Shown here piece after piece: positions 40,505-54,599 of a stretch of 64,000 bases of DNA (position 1 is its first letter; every line of letters begins with the position of its first letter). A program made the position numbers and the translations under genes. The notes under the pieces were generated by a model. The model worked only from the letters and a program-made list of their open reading frames with translations. It did no database searches and had not been told where the DNA came from. Source of the DNA: Haplodiscus bocki (taxonomy: Eukaryota); the NCBI GenBank assembly GCA_965655095.1, contig OZ296654.1:8928001-8992000 (forward strand), in the 5' to 3' direction.

Positions 40505-43500
40505 ATGGTGTACTCAGTTTGTTTAACTTTGTTGATGATTTGCTCTTGCTTATCGACCGTTTTGGGAAAAGATGGACTTCTTCCTGTGAACAATGTTGGA
40601 CAAGTCTCCAGCTCAGACGTCACCGTTAAGGAATTTTATGTTTCGGTGTTTCTTCATGATCAGTTGCAGTTCTTGAGGACCGCTAATTCTGGTGATGTTT
40701 CGATGACTCGCAGAATGTTACTTCTGTTTCTCTTGAGGAGTGGTATAGAAACTAACTCTGGTCCGCCGAAAAAAAGAAATTTTGCAGAGAGCCCAGGAGG
40801 TGCGTAACGTGTGGGCGTTTCTATGGCAGCAAGGACTGCTCTTGTTTCCATTCATTCATTGAAAGAGCCTCAGCTGGTGAAGACTATATTGATCGGTCGC
40901 TGTCTTCGGCGCCTTTCAATAACCTGAGTCTTTTCTCGAACGTGCCGAATTCAATAGCTTTTTCTTGCGCAAACGCTAATTTGACGAGAGTTTGCATTGA
41001 TTTTGGAATACCGTTTGTGGGGACACCACTGAACACACACTTGTTGAGTGCCATTTCTTTGAACGGTTTGTTTCCATCACAAACTCATCCTGTTCCAGGT
41101 GACGGTAATTGTTTGTTCTCTGCTTTAGCGGTGTCAATTGGGTCGCAAGCTTGGTATCATTCAAAACTGCGCCAGCGTATTTGTTTGGCTTTACCCTCCG
41201 TAGATATTGCTCCGCATTTTCTGGAAATTTACACAACCATTGATAGAAATTTTGTGGTACAGACAGCTTCAAACGTGAACGAATAATTGAATCGTTCCGG
41301 ATTGCGATCGAATGGTGTGTATGGGACTTGTGTAGAGATCTATGGCTTCGTCCAAATTGCGGTGGTTGATGTTTACGTTTACCATTGCATGACAAAATTG
41401 TGGATAGTGTATAGCTATGCCGGAGATCGTGCTACAGTGGACGTTCCATCTGTGTTCCTGGTACATACTCATGCAGGTAATCATTTTGAAACGGTAGCAG
41501 TGTTGTCCGCAGAAATTCCAACTTCACAGCAAATTTTGCCTCATGGTTGCGTCCAGACTTCATTCCCAGATACGGCATCACAATGCAATCTGATTTCCGC
41601 GTCAATTGATGCGAACACTTGTGCTCCAAAATGTAGCGCGTGTTCTGAATGTGATGTTTTGCCTCATTTGTGCAATGAAGGCCTCAAATCAAGCTCTCTT
41701 GGATTGGGCGGTATCCACAACGATCTTTTGTTGCCCGGCAACAATTTTTTAAGCGGAGCGAAAATTGATTGTGAAAAAAATGTTTCCAGTTGTGTTGCAT
41801 TCAGCCCAGGCGTTGCCTTCAATTCCCTGCCTCAGCAGATCCATTCCACGCAATCCACTTACAATGACACAGCCACAATGATAGAGGAGAAAAATGAGGT
41901 CAGTCATCATGCGGATGCCTCGGGTAGCTCGTGTGTTTTCACGTCTACTTTTTCAGCCGACAAAGTACAAAGTACAGAAATGTGCAATAAATGTTGTCGA
42001 ATTTCAACTTCTGCTTATCCTTTGGAATGGCAAAGTCTTGAAAAAAAAGCAGTCAAACGAAGAAGATTTGGTTTGCGACCTACTGCTACATGTTTGGTCT
42101 GCCAAAGTTGTTTCAATTACAATAACGACGGAAATTGTTGGCGGCATGCTTGGGCTTCCGTAATTCATTCGTTACTGAAGGATCTCAGCATTTGAGATGG
42201 TACTAATAAAAAACTTGTTTCTTTTTTACCTCCCGAAATACGTGACAGTTGGGCTATGTGTCAACATTTGCATCCTGCTGTTTCTATGGCTGATCGAGCT
42301 GTTCTAGTTGATATAACAAAACGGAAGCAAGTTTTTCTGAACAAAGTAAATTCGGGTGTTTTCACTGATTTGGAGGAAGCCTTAGATAGTGAATGTTATC
42401 CAAATTGTAGATGTCCCTTCGGTTGTTTCACATTTGTTGAAGAAACCGGTCAAATCGGTTTCAACCACCTTGTAAATGGAATTTTGCCTTCATTCACATC
42501 GTTCAACTCTGATTACTTGAACCATTTGCGAGGTGCAAGAGACGATTGGTTGAAACCAATGAAAGTCTTGGATGCGTTTGATGTTTCCGGCTTTGTCAGT
42601 GTGCACGAGGCATATGGCCTTGTTGTAGGAACTTGTGTCAGTCATAACAATGGGTCTCAGCTGCAATAACTTCACCCGCCTGCGCACCCGTCTCTAGGAC
42701 GGCTCAGTGTTCCTACCAACGACAGATTGGCATTTGTTGCTCCAAATTTGCGTATATTGAAGAACGCCAAAGCTAATTACGCTAGTCACACTTTCCAGTT
42801 GTTGAAAGCTGTTGGTAATTATTCAGGAATTAGCAGCATTCGGTTGAGCTCTAAACGCCGTTGGGATATTACTTCGGATTTGTTGAACAAGGCTGAATCC
42901 CAATGCAGTTTTTACCGCAGCGATATTCAATATTTTTTGAATAACTTAGTGTCCTCTGGCGAAATAACTGATGAAATCCGACAAGGCATTCAAAGTAAAC
43001 CCAACATTGAACAATCGGCTGCTTGTCTTTCTGCGTCAACAAGCGTGTCAATTCTAGATACTTATCGTTTATTCAGTTCACCTGGATTATCTGATGGACA
43101 ACGCTTGTGCGCAAAATTCAAGTCTGTCACGTTCGGTCAGCCTCCCAATTTTTTTGGTTCTTCTCCTCCAAAAATTTGGAGCTCCAAGACTTACTTTTTG
43201 TCGTTGCTGCAAACATTATTTTGTATCTCTCCTCAACTGTGTCGATCTTTATCAGATGCAGCTGCTGTTGATAATGCGATATTTACTTTGATGCATCTTT
43301 TGGACCCTGTAATTTTCCCGAGGTTGCGTCGCTGCAAAAGAAAAACTGTGGATGCTTCTATGAGTGATGAACTGTCCAAGTTGTTTACTAGATTTCCGGA
43401 AAGTCCATCTTGTTGCCTCAGTTACGGTATCTCACAATTTTGTGATGATGTCATCCATGAAGACCTAGCAAGCAGTCAAGACATTTTGCCTTTTTTGGAA

Positions 43501-46500
43501 GCTCAGGAGTTTGATGGTGTTAATGTTATACTTTTTTCATACGCGGGGGTAAAAACTTTGCGTTCTAAATTCAAAGCTCCTCTGAAGTTTAAAACTGGTC
43601 AGTCCGTTTTCGAGTTGAAATTTATTGCTACTGAAGGTTTAGGGAGTCGTAATAACATTCTTTTGAGGCATGGTGGGGTTTTCCAAGGTTTTTGGGCTTA
43701 CAAAAGCAAAAGTATTTTCCCTGAACAGAAGAGGTTGCCTTGTGATACAGCGGTTGATCATTTTATCAATGACTATTGGAACATTTGTGTCTACTATCGA
43801 CAGACGTCTGCCGATATTGATGAGCTGCGGTCAAAATTTTTTGAAACACTGGCAGGCCAGGGAAAGTTTTTTTGTAAGAATCATTCTCTGTTACTCACCC
43901 GTGATTTTCCTTCCAGTGGTTTCAAATGATCATGTGGTAGAAGTTCTTTTTTACGTTGTCCAGTGTCTGGCTGTGGGGCAAGTGTTTGCAGAATGCATTC
44001 TAAACAAGATAGTCAGGAGAGACAGTTTGTTTCCGATGATAACAAAGGGATCTGTAGTGAGTCCACGAAAATTTCAGCGTGCGATTCAAGTCAGTTAGAT
44101 GATTGTGGCTATAGTCTTGTTTCTGTTGATTCACAGAATCGGTCCAGATCGCCTACCAACACGGTCACGTCCTCGGAATTTGTTACCAATCCTGGGCTTT
44201 TAAAGGAAGAATTTGAAAGATCGCATGTTTCGCTGCCTGTTACAACTGCTGCTGGAGATTCAACTGTTCTTTTGCAACGTGATTTCCGAACAGACAGCAC
44301 TGATTTTCAGCTCCCGCTTCATGTTTTATTGAATGGCCAATACGGTTTACTGAAAAGGAATAAAGGGTCTCTGTTGTATGTTGCAGCTAGACATAAAAGA
44401 ATTTTGGAGAACATCACCGCGACGTCGCCCCCAACTCTGTCCCTTTGCTTCAGCCGGAAGCCATGTTGTTTCCGTCCATCTTTTGGCACCAAAACGCAGA
44501 CGGCAGTTATTCTGGTGCAATACCTTCTCCCTTGTATAATGATCAGAAGCAAAACGAATTGCTCGGTTTCGCAAGTTTAGAACAACATTTACAAACGCGC
44601 TTGAAAGATTCGTCTCTGTTGACGTCAACAGATCCTCGTTACGTCCAATACGTATTTGACACAATATTTAACCTACAGCTGCGTGTCAATGACACGAGAA
44701 TCGTTTTGAACAGAGGTTGGAGTGAAGCGGCTCGGCAACGAAAGAATGTTCATGCCATGCGAGAAGGTGCAATTTTTTTCGATCAATTTGATTCTCGGAA
44801 GAATGTTAATGAACTGGGAGCAGCTTTGAAAGAACGGCCAGCTACATATTTTTTCACTTACACTTGTGGGCAGTCGACGCATCCTGGCTTGAGAAAAATT
44901 TTCAGTGCGTTGGACGCAAAGTTTCCAAAAGACGTATGTAAAGAGGAGGACCGAAAATCAGCGATTCAATCTGAAATGGTCACAATGTTGAAAGCGTGGG
45001 AGCGAGCTTCTCGTCTTGTCATGAAGTACATTGAAACGTCACCCGAGCGGCCACTCGGAAAAGTTGATAAGATTTGGTATCGATATGAGTTTCAAGATGA
45101 AGCTAGTGGGTTCCCTCATTTACATGCTTTGATTTGGACGGCAGAAGATTGTTTTAGTGAAGCAGTAAGGTCTAGAGTTTGTTGCTCGGCAACAACTTTT
45201 CTGGGGAACTTATTGACTGAAGTTGGTTTGCACAATTATAGTTTGGATGATTTCACCGAGTTACGAGATCTATTCAACCGTTATCAATCACACAACTGTT
45301 TTAAAGCAAAGTTTCGTTGTCAGAAAAAAACTGACAGAATGAAGGAAAAAACCTGCCGAGTGCCCAAATATCCTCCTTGTGCTGGCTTTACCTACAAATG
45401 TATTCACAAGCAATTGTCGGAAGAAACGATAGCAGTTTTGAAAAAGCTCAAATTAGCTGAATCGAGTGACTTTGATTGTTCGGTCACCATTGATCAGCGT
45501 CTTTGTGGCGGCAAGCATCATTATCCAACAGAAATTAAAACACACATTTCTCCGACAAACGCCAAAATTTTTGCGCTCGTCCGATCTAGCACCAATCTAC
45601 AAATTTGCGACATATACATGAGTAGCCGTTATTTGTCAAAGTATGTTGAAGGCGTGGAGGAACGCACCGAAGTTTCTATTTCTACGTCAAGTGGAACCTA
45701 TATGTACGACTTCCATGTTGATGAACAGGTGAACAACAAAATTGCTGGAGTATTTTTGACCAATATGAACAAGGAGAGAAAGCCGAAAAAAAAGTGTTTG
45801 AACTCTCGCATTTTGAGACTGACAGAATCCGTGTGGAGGTGATTGCAATTTCCCTATGTCGTGACCAATATTCAGTTCATTCACGTTGTCACTGCCCCGC
45901 GAGAGAAACGGGCTGGAATAGTTATTGAACCGAAATGCAGACTTTCCAACAGCAATCAAAGTCCTCTTTTTGGGAGGCAGAGTTCAATTAGACACAGCAA
46001 AGGATTTCCTCCTCATCGTTGCTTCACGGAAAATCAGAAGTTGCTGATAATTGATGCAGAAAAAAGTTCCTTTTCTCCAGACAAAATTACCGTTTTTGGT
46101 GTACGTCCCCCCAAACTAACGTTTGTGCTCAAAGTGGAAAACTATTTCACTTGGTTTTGCCGCTTCCGAAAGCCCTTAAAGGTGGCACCAGAAAGTGTAT
46201 TAAAGAAAAACATAACTAAATCACGTTGGGTGGATGGCCTCGGCTTTTGTGTATACCTTAATTCCTTGTATAAAGAAGACTTTTTCAACTACTGTCGCAA
46301 CTTTTCTAGTGGGGTCCCTCGTTTCTCCACGCAATGTCTTGAAGCCATTGCATGTACAGCGAGCGATGCGAGTCACAAATTCATTTATCAGAAAAAGGTT
46401 CACCAAACTCAAGTAGTTTTGTCGAACGTTGTTCCAAGGAACACAACCAACTTTCTGACCCATATTCTGTTGTCTCTTGGAGAATACGTAACCGAACTTG

Positions 46501-48797
46501 ACATTTTTTCTCAATCGAATATGAAATCTGCGTTTTTTGAGGCTTCTTTGGCGAGCTCTCCTTTGGGATGCGAAGATTCTGAAATTATTGATGTTGTTCG
46601 GCGCTTTGTGCTTGAACAATTACGTTATTATCCAGGATCATCTACTTTACTAGATCGGTTCGTTACGAGTGCCTATTTGTGCATCCAGCAGGCAGCACAA
46701 AATAATTCAGTCATTTTTCCGAGCTCAACACCGCGCGTTTTAGAACAGAGTATTGTGGAGCAGAGTAACAGCAACATTTCTGACGAATTGGATGCGCAAA
46801 AAGAGAGTCTTCTTCGTGCAGTTGCCAATGGGGGTTATATTGGTTTACCAACGTATGCCCAATTGATGAACGCCACCTTAGCACGTCCTTTGATTTGGAG
46901 CCAAAAGATACATAAAGCAGGCAACCAGACTGACGAATCTTTGCATGACCGACAGAAGATATTGGATTACGTTTGTTCTTTGTACGATAACTATTGTTCT
47001 TGTACCACTGCCTTTATTAAACATCAATTCATAGTTGGTCCACCGGGTACAGGAAAAAGCTATGTGCTGATTCATTGTGTGATTGCGGCTCTAGCTAGGG
47101 GGCTGAGATTCGTCATAACTAGTGTCGCTGCTGAGAGAGCTTCAGTTTTCGGCGGAAAACACATAAACGCTTTAATCCCTTTCCCCGTCATTCAAAATGA
47201 AACGGTGAGTCATCTAGTTTCGCATGCTTTGAACAGTCTTGCCCGAGATCCTGTGAAATTTACTTTTTTGGAGAAGTTGGATGTTTTTTTTGTCGAGGAA
47301 GGTTCAATGATTTCAGCTGAACTTTGGTCCGCGATGGACAATGTGTTGCAAGCCGTATCTGAAAACAATCTTCCTTTTGGAGGAAAGATTGTTATTTCCA
47401 CAGGGGATTTCCGTCAACTTCCGCCTCCTACGGGAACATTCCTTTTGCTGAGCGACTCGGTGTTAGCTAATTTCGAGCTTCAGTATTTGAAGCACTATGT
47501 TAGAATGCAACCAGCAAGGAAAGAGGCATCTGGATTTGCTGTCTGAATATCCTGTGACAGAGACATGCATTAAGATGTGTTGTGACATCATTGAGAAATT
47601 CTGTAAATTCGTAAGCACGTGGTCGGAAGTCCCTTTGGATAGCTTGAGAGTGTTCAGTACGAGAGTTGCAGAAAAAGAGGCTGTGGAAGAGAGAATATCT
47701 TTTGTGACAACGCATCAAAGCATACAGAGTGTTTTTTTCCAGTGCAAGGATGAAATGTCTAATACAGGAACTCAGAATTGGGTTACCGCAACAACACCCG
47801 TGAGCAATTTTCTTAACAGGAGTTGTCTCGAGCCGGAGTCTTTGTTTATACATGTTGGGTGTGTATTGCGCTTAACCTGCAATTTGCCATCGCTGAAACT
47901 GTTCCAGGGACAATTGTGTTTAGTTGAATCGTTCGATGAAATTGATCGCCATATTGTTGTCAGAGTTGCTCCAGCCGGAGTAAGGTCTGTGTCATCTAAC
48001 AACCCTGACGTTGCTTCCAGGAGGCTTGTAGTTATTCGTAAAAGAATTGGCGTTCTCCATAAGTATAACAATTTCACCGTTTGCAGACGTGTTCAATTTC
48101 CTTTGAAAATGTATGTGGCTTCAACCGTTCACAAAATAATGGGGGACACTGTTCCAAGCTTGGCAACACAGATTGTTGGTGGTAAAAAATTCTCATAATG
48201 GCTGAAAGAGCAGCTTTATGTAGTTGTTAGTCGGGTCACTAATCTTTCCCACATAACGTTTGTCGGTGACAAGCAGCGGACACTTGATGCAATTAATCTT
48301 CGTTGCCGCAAAGATAGCCATTTGATTCCTTTGATAGATAACTTTTTGTCGTCCCTGGCAGGTGTAATTCCGGTGTTTCAACGACCCAAACACTTTATCC
48401 CTTTCCCTTACGTGTTTTTGATGTACCACTTTCGGCAATTGGTTACTGTTATTTGTTGGTGAGTGTTAAACATAGGGAACTTTTTTACATTGGAAGCTGT
48501 AAGCAGTTGCGGCGACGATTGCAGGAGCATAATTCGGGAAATGGGAGTTCATTTACAAAGCCTGTTGAAAGAAGACCCTGGGCTATAGTTGCTTACGTGA
48601 CGGGCTTTTCAAACGCCGTTTCACGAAGCCGTTACTTTTTTGAACAGGATTGGCAAAGAGCAATGCTTAATCGGAATTATTCGAATGTGAAGCTAACCCT
48701 TGAAGATTACTTGTCAGAGTGCCATGTTCTTATGGATTCGTATAAAGTTACAGGCATCGAAACAGCCCTGGAATGTGAATGCATGCGAAACTTGTAA
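40505..48797 (+). pseudogene. Leader-2A plus RepHel pseudogene (copy 2)
   Basis: Premature stops at 41284, 42193, 42667, 43927, 45840 and 48196; frameshifts near 44430, 47505 and 48355; 2A-like motif altered to ETNSGP. Confidence 0.92.
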
Positions 48798-50127
48798 TGT
48801 TTTTTCGATTGTTCATATGTATTTTTCTTCATAGGTTTAGACTTTTGTAAAACTACCATCGAGAAAACCCACCGTATTTGCAAGTATTAATTCGTCCGAA
48901 GCAAAATTTTCAGCAACTTTTTTTGTAGCCGATCATGTTGGTTGATTTGAATGATTGCCATTGTTTGCTGCTAGTTATGAGCCAACCTTTGTAAAATTGG
49001 ACGTGTTTTAGTTGTTAACAGATGATTTTTGTAACAGGATTTTCTTTTGTTTCTCTAACACCTTTTTACTCGACTCACACAGTAACTTTATTTTCGTGGT
49101 TCAACTTTTAAACTCTGACACTTTATGAAATATCCTCTTTAAATGCTTTACACGGTAATTAAAAGATTCGGAAGATCATTTTTTGCAACAATTTCTTTTC
49201 ACGTGTGTCTTAAGTTACAGTGTGGAGCTGTTTTGATGCTTTCAGGAGGCTATCTCATTGTTTCACAGAAATATCGCTTTCACTTTTTGTTCAGTGACCA
49301 AGGCAAAAATTTAAGTAAAAAAATGTTAACTAGAAAATAATGCGAAAGGTTTTCGACGAAGTGACAATAATGTTTATGTTTTTTCAGTTTCTCACTGACT
49401 CTGACCTGTTATGGATGTTATTTCTGACTCATTTAATGTTGTATACCTGACGGAAGCAAATTTGGTTTTATATTTTGTTGTACTGGTTGTACTGGTTGCT
49501 CAGCAACCGCCAACGTGATTTCCGAATTACAATGTTGTTTGCTAGATGAACGTACTTGCGTTGGTTGTCCAGCAAGCCATATTCCACAAACTGGCCTGTA
49601 AACATGACATGATAGCAGCTGAATTCTTTAGTTGCGCAACACCTTTCAAACCCAAACCATATTCCTTGTTACGGGAGATGAGAAAACTTTGTATTTCAAA
49701 CTATTATTTGTTGTATGAATTATATTATGTGAAGCATTTTTCTTATGGTTACTTTCGTGCGTGAATTGAACAGTGGTTCACCACTATTTAATTTTTTGGC
49801 AGAGATTAGAGAAGGGCTGTTATTTTGTGCATCTGGCATTGTTTGAGTAATTTTTTCATCCTTGGGTGTATTTGGGAGTTTTAATTTGCCAAAAACGTGT
49901 TTTTCCAAAGAAAATTTCTTAATTTTCACCGTCAGGACGGCTCTGTAGCTGTGCAACGGGTGTGCATTTTTTCTTGAATCAGTCCTCTGTCTAATAAGTA
50001 AATGTCATGAACAAAAGTAAATTCTGATTTATTTGTTGGTTTTTTCAATTGTTAAGTGAATGATATAAAATATGCTTTGTTCGTTTGTCTGCTTTGATGA
50101 TACATTGTCCTTCTGTTTTCGGTTGTT

Positions 50128-51063
50128 ATGTCTGAATATTTTGTTTTGGCGGCCTCGTCCCTTTATTGGGCAGCACAGGAAAGACCCCACCTCTTTGATC
50201 CTTTCAGGCCACATTTTTGCGCAATTTCGGGTGCTTCACTCAATAACTACCAGCCACAAAAAAACATATGATATCTTCTTGAATCGAATTTCTACAACAC
50301 GAATGGAAAAAAGGTTATCAATTGGCATGATGCTGTCAATAACTCTTTGTCAAGCAAGAAGAATCCGGCAATGAGTCCTGGAGCCTTTTTCAGTAGAATG
50401 GCTTATTTGAGAAAATTCAATGTCGTGGCTTTCACCTACTTGCCTAGATCTGGAGCACAAAATTTAAACAACGTTTTGAAAGACTGTCCAACAGGAATTG
50501 TTTTTCTCAAAATGAATTCGATTCTACCGAAACGGTACGAAAATTTGATCAATGATGAAAAAGATCTGCACCTGAATAGCCTGCTAGAAAATCATATGCT
50601 GTCCAGAACACTGCTAAACAACGGCTTGGAGGACTTGACTGTGCGTCGGTCCCGCAATAGACACAATAATCTTCGAAACAGAGTTAGTGTTTTGATTTTT
50701 GGTTCCATTTTATTGATGATTTAGAGGAAGAGAAGGGATATATATTTCCGATGGTTTTTTGAAGGAAACGCTGAACGTTAGTGATTACTACGTTGACGCA
50801 TTTAACATTCGAACCAACGGACTGCATACAGATTTCCTGCATGACACTTCCATGTTATTCAGTTTCAATGTTTTAAAGTTCTTTCGGGGAACCAAATCCG
50901 AAGTTGGAAGTGTGTGACCGGAGAGTTTGTCATGTTTCAATAACAGCACTTGCTTGTTTTCACGATTTATTGTGAAAACAAGCAAGTCATTCGCAAACGT
51001 TTTCAAGAATGTGTTTTCTTACAGGTCCGAAGAAACAGAGGTGGGTTGCACGAATCGGCATAG
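50128..51063 (+). pseudogene. SGNH-like ORF pseudogene (copy 2)
   Basis: Homologous to 35100-36032, with the reading frame disrupted in the 5' half. Confidence 0.75.
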
Positions 51064-51714
51064 GCATCAATTACCGCCAGCTCCATGAAGATATCTTGAT
51101 GAGTAGAAAACCATCAGTGTTTTAACACCGCATGAACTTTTTGAGTTCATTTCTGACATTACTTCCTTTTATTGTTTCATTGCACCATTTGTGCTGCCAT
51201 GTGGTTTTTGAATTTCAAAAATGAATTAGCGACCTTCCCTTGATTTAGATGGAGTATGATTTTACTTTTGATGATGTTATTTGAAGCTGACTGTTTTTGT
51301 AGCATTTTGTGTAGAGCCTTCTGGCGTCCAGATTTTACTACTGGAATTGTTGGAAATTGTTTTGTTTTGAAGATAGAAATAGTTCAGAATAATTCGTGTG
51401 TAATGTATTACCTCTATTTCAAATTGTATGATTCCAGTTTGTGAACAATTTTTGACATGGAATGGGAAGCTGTATTTGAGGACACATCCGGTAAATGGCT
51501 ACAGATTGAGGTGGTCTAAGGTGAAGTGTGCCATAGACGGCAGTGAAAAGTTGTTAGGCTGTCATTGAAAAAAAAACAGAAAATCTCAAGTTTTTGTTGA
51601 CAAAGTTACAATGTGCCTTTTTTTGTTTAAACTAAATCAGACTGCAAATCTTGACTTGTCTTTTTATCGTATAATTTCCTTATTTGGAACACATCCTGTT
51701 GCATTTTTTAAGAA

Positions 51715-52708
51715 ATGAATAGACAAGTAACTGTGGCTGCAGTTACAGGAGAAGGTTTTTTGCGCAACAGCCAGAACACTGTATTAAGGGGCATAGTTTT
51801 GGTCCTGAAGAAGAGCGATCGGCCAATGCAGTTGTTCAGACCTCAAACAACAAAGTTGAAACGCCCACTTCCTGAAGGGACATATGACAGAATGGTCATT
51901 ATTGGTCAATGGAACAGTAAAGACTGTTTTGTCGTCATCTCAGCTTCAGCGCAGAAGTCTGCTAAAACTTTTTTCGGATCGTCGTCTGACTGTTGGTTCT
52001 GTTGTAGAGGTAACAGAGCCTATCTATTCGAACACGTGTTTGGGCAATGACCGAAATAATCCGATTATTGAAAGTCATCAGGCTATCGTTGTTATCAACA
52101 ACGTAACCAATGAGGATTTCCCGCCAATTCCTATTATTTCATTACCCAGCACACCCGCAATGTTCCACTAGACTCTGAACAATAGAAATTTGTTGTTTTT
52201 GCATGGAAACATTATTTCTCCTACCTGTTCTGGAAGTATGTGCGACCGTCGTATTCTCAGAAATGAAACGGTATGCGCTTGCCTAGAGAAGAACTCAGTT
52301 TCGTCGTGGACTGTCGCCGCACGCATCCTTTCTAGACACGTGGAAGAGGAAGCGGACGATCCCTTGAGCGGAGACATGACATAGAGTCATCAGTTCGCAT
52401 CGTTTTTTTGTAGCAATGATGTTCTTCGGTTGCCAGCTAGCTCGGTTGAATTGAATCTGTTGCGTGAATCAATAACTAGGGTGACAGAGTATGTCAACGA
52501 TAATGGTGGTTGGAGAATATCTGGTTACAACAAATCGAGTGTCAGTGATGAGTCAATTACTCAGGCTGTTCATCATGTGAGAGTTTGTCGTCTTATTCCA
52601 GCTTTTGTAATCCCGAACAACTTGAAGTACGCTATCGGTAATGCTCGGCAGCCGCCCAATCGGCCGCCTCCACTACAACATGCCAACTTGAATGTTCAGC
52701 ATGATTGA
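51715..52708 (+). pseudogene. Third-ORF pseudogene (copy 2)
   Basis: Homologous to 36697-37689; frameshift near 51965 and stops at 52169 and 52382. Confidence 0.85.
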
Positions 52709-54599
52709 TTTTTTGTGGATTTTTCAAAACACCGCAGCCATACGTGCTTTTCATAGTCGGATGCCAATGAACACATAGAAAATGTTCCTTTTTGAAAAAC
52801 TTATGATAATTGCCATTCTGTACTGCCTCGGATAAAATCAATGCATTTGCCTCAGTTACTCAATTTTACGTGATCTCTTTTACAAATGAACTTTCTTTCC
52901 ACATATGATAGAATGAAGGAAACAACCGTTGTTGTCTCACCTAAATAAATTTTGTTTTTGTGGCTAGTATCCTGCATTGTACTCTGTCAGTTACTTCAAT
53001 TTACTTCAGTAATCCACATTGAAAGTTGTATGAGATTTCAGTATGCTTTTCTATGTCAGTAATGCACCTTGGAAGTAATTGTCTTCAACAGAAGTAGAGT
53101 CAGTGGTGTCAGTAGCTCTTGATGATATCATTTTCTTTATGAGTTTGATTTGGTCCACTTTATTAAGATAATGTTTACTTCAACGTTATTTTCCTTCTAA
53201 ACAACTTAGAGGGGAACTTTTGGTGCGTGATTTGCCTTGTGTTGAAAAGATTTAGCCATAAACTTGGAGAGACAAGTCTATATACTTTGGTAGTGTTCAA
53301 AGTTTCAAAGTAATATTCACTATGAATGGTACTGATTTATATTTTGGCACCCCTGTGAACTCGTTTCGACTTAGAAAGTCACTGGTACGTTCAGAGAAGT
53401 CTATTTTTTTCGTTCAAAATATCGCACGGACTAAACGGAGATGAACTTCATGTTTCAATTGAGACAGCAAAGTACGTTGAACAAATACGGGAATGTGTGA
53501 GCCTCGTTGTGCGATGAAGACAGATCGATGTTTTGGGAGCTTTATCAAGTGGAAAAACGTGTAGGAGCTTTGGAACTGTTCATGCACAGGTGATTTGACT
53601 TGCCAGTGTTTCTATGTTTCCTCTGATATTTTATTTGTCGTTCTTTCACCAGGTACTTTTCAATAGCGTTTGGAAATCATATTTTTACTCAATTGTTTGT
53701 CTTTGATAAAGTCAGGTCCTATTGTCAGTCTTGGCTAAAATTGTTTATTTTTCGAACGGTTTTGGCTTCTGTTCTGTCAATGTTGAAACTTTTTTCCTTT
53801 TTTTACTTTTTTTTCAAAAATCTATTTGAATTGACGTTCACAGCTTCCTGTTAACCAATCACTGGGCCTTTCTAGCGAACGGTAGCCTTTCCTCCACTGG
53901 GTCTCAAAAGTAAACAACTTTCAATCATGACATGGACGTAAGCGCGCAAATTTTCTTCAAGGCCAATTATTCTGAAATTAGAATTATCTGTTGCAAAACT
54001 TCGGAGAAAACACTCAAATCGATAGTGGTTTGTTTCTCACCCACAATTTACCAATGTCACGCACACTTATCTGTGGAAATTTCAGCAGTATAGTACTAGC
54101 TACATACAGTTCGACGGTTAAATCATTCTATTTCTACCTAAAACATTAACACAAGACCACTGCGATAATTTCCGCTCCGCAGCTCTTGAAAAACATGTTT
54201 CAGAAAACTTTCTAGAGCAAAGTTTACACCTTCAATTTTCTTTCAAATATACACAAATCTTGGACAAAAAGTATGAGAAAGTATCACCATTTGAACCGAA
54301 TTCTACAGCAAGTTTGCGACATTCACCATTTTTAAAAATCCTGTTATTTCGATAAATTAACTTCTCCCGGAAGAGTAGTACTACCTGTAGTAAAAAACGA
54401 ATTAACCACTTGAGGTAAACATGGTGACAGAAAATCACCCAAATGACATTATGAAAGTAATATCAGTTTTCGAAACTTCCATGTACATCTCATCACAAGC
54501 GTCAACAACAGTAACACTTCAAAAAGCAGTTGCAGTTTTCTTCGTGATATTGTAGAAAAGAGTTCCAAACCACACCTTTGAGTCTACGTTTGAACAAGT

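Larger units (their letters stand above)
38843..53902 (+). mobile_element. Helitron-like element, copy 2 (decayed, ~15.05 kb), head-to-tail with copy 1
   Basis: Collinear with copy 1 end to end; begins CTGGGT-GGTCAGGGATGTAACC and ends CCTCCA-CTGGGT. Confidence 0.9.

Noticed and set aside
38843-53902. Copy 2 as an assembly artefact or uncollapsed haplotype
   Set aside because: The divergence is too high, the lesions are copy-specific, and the junction is precise at the element ends with no host flank duplicated.
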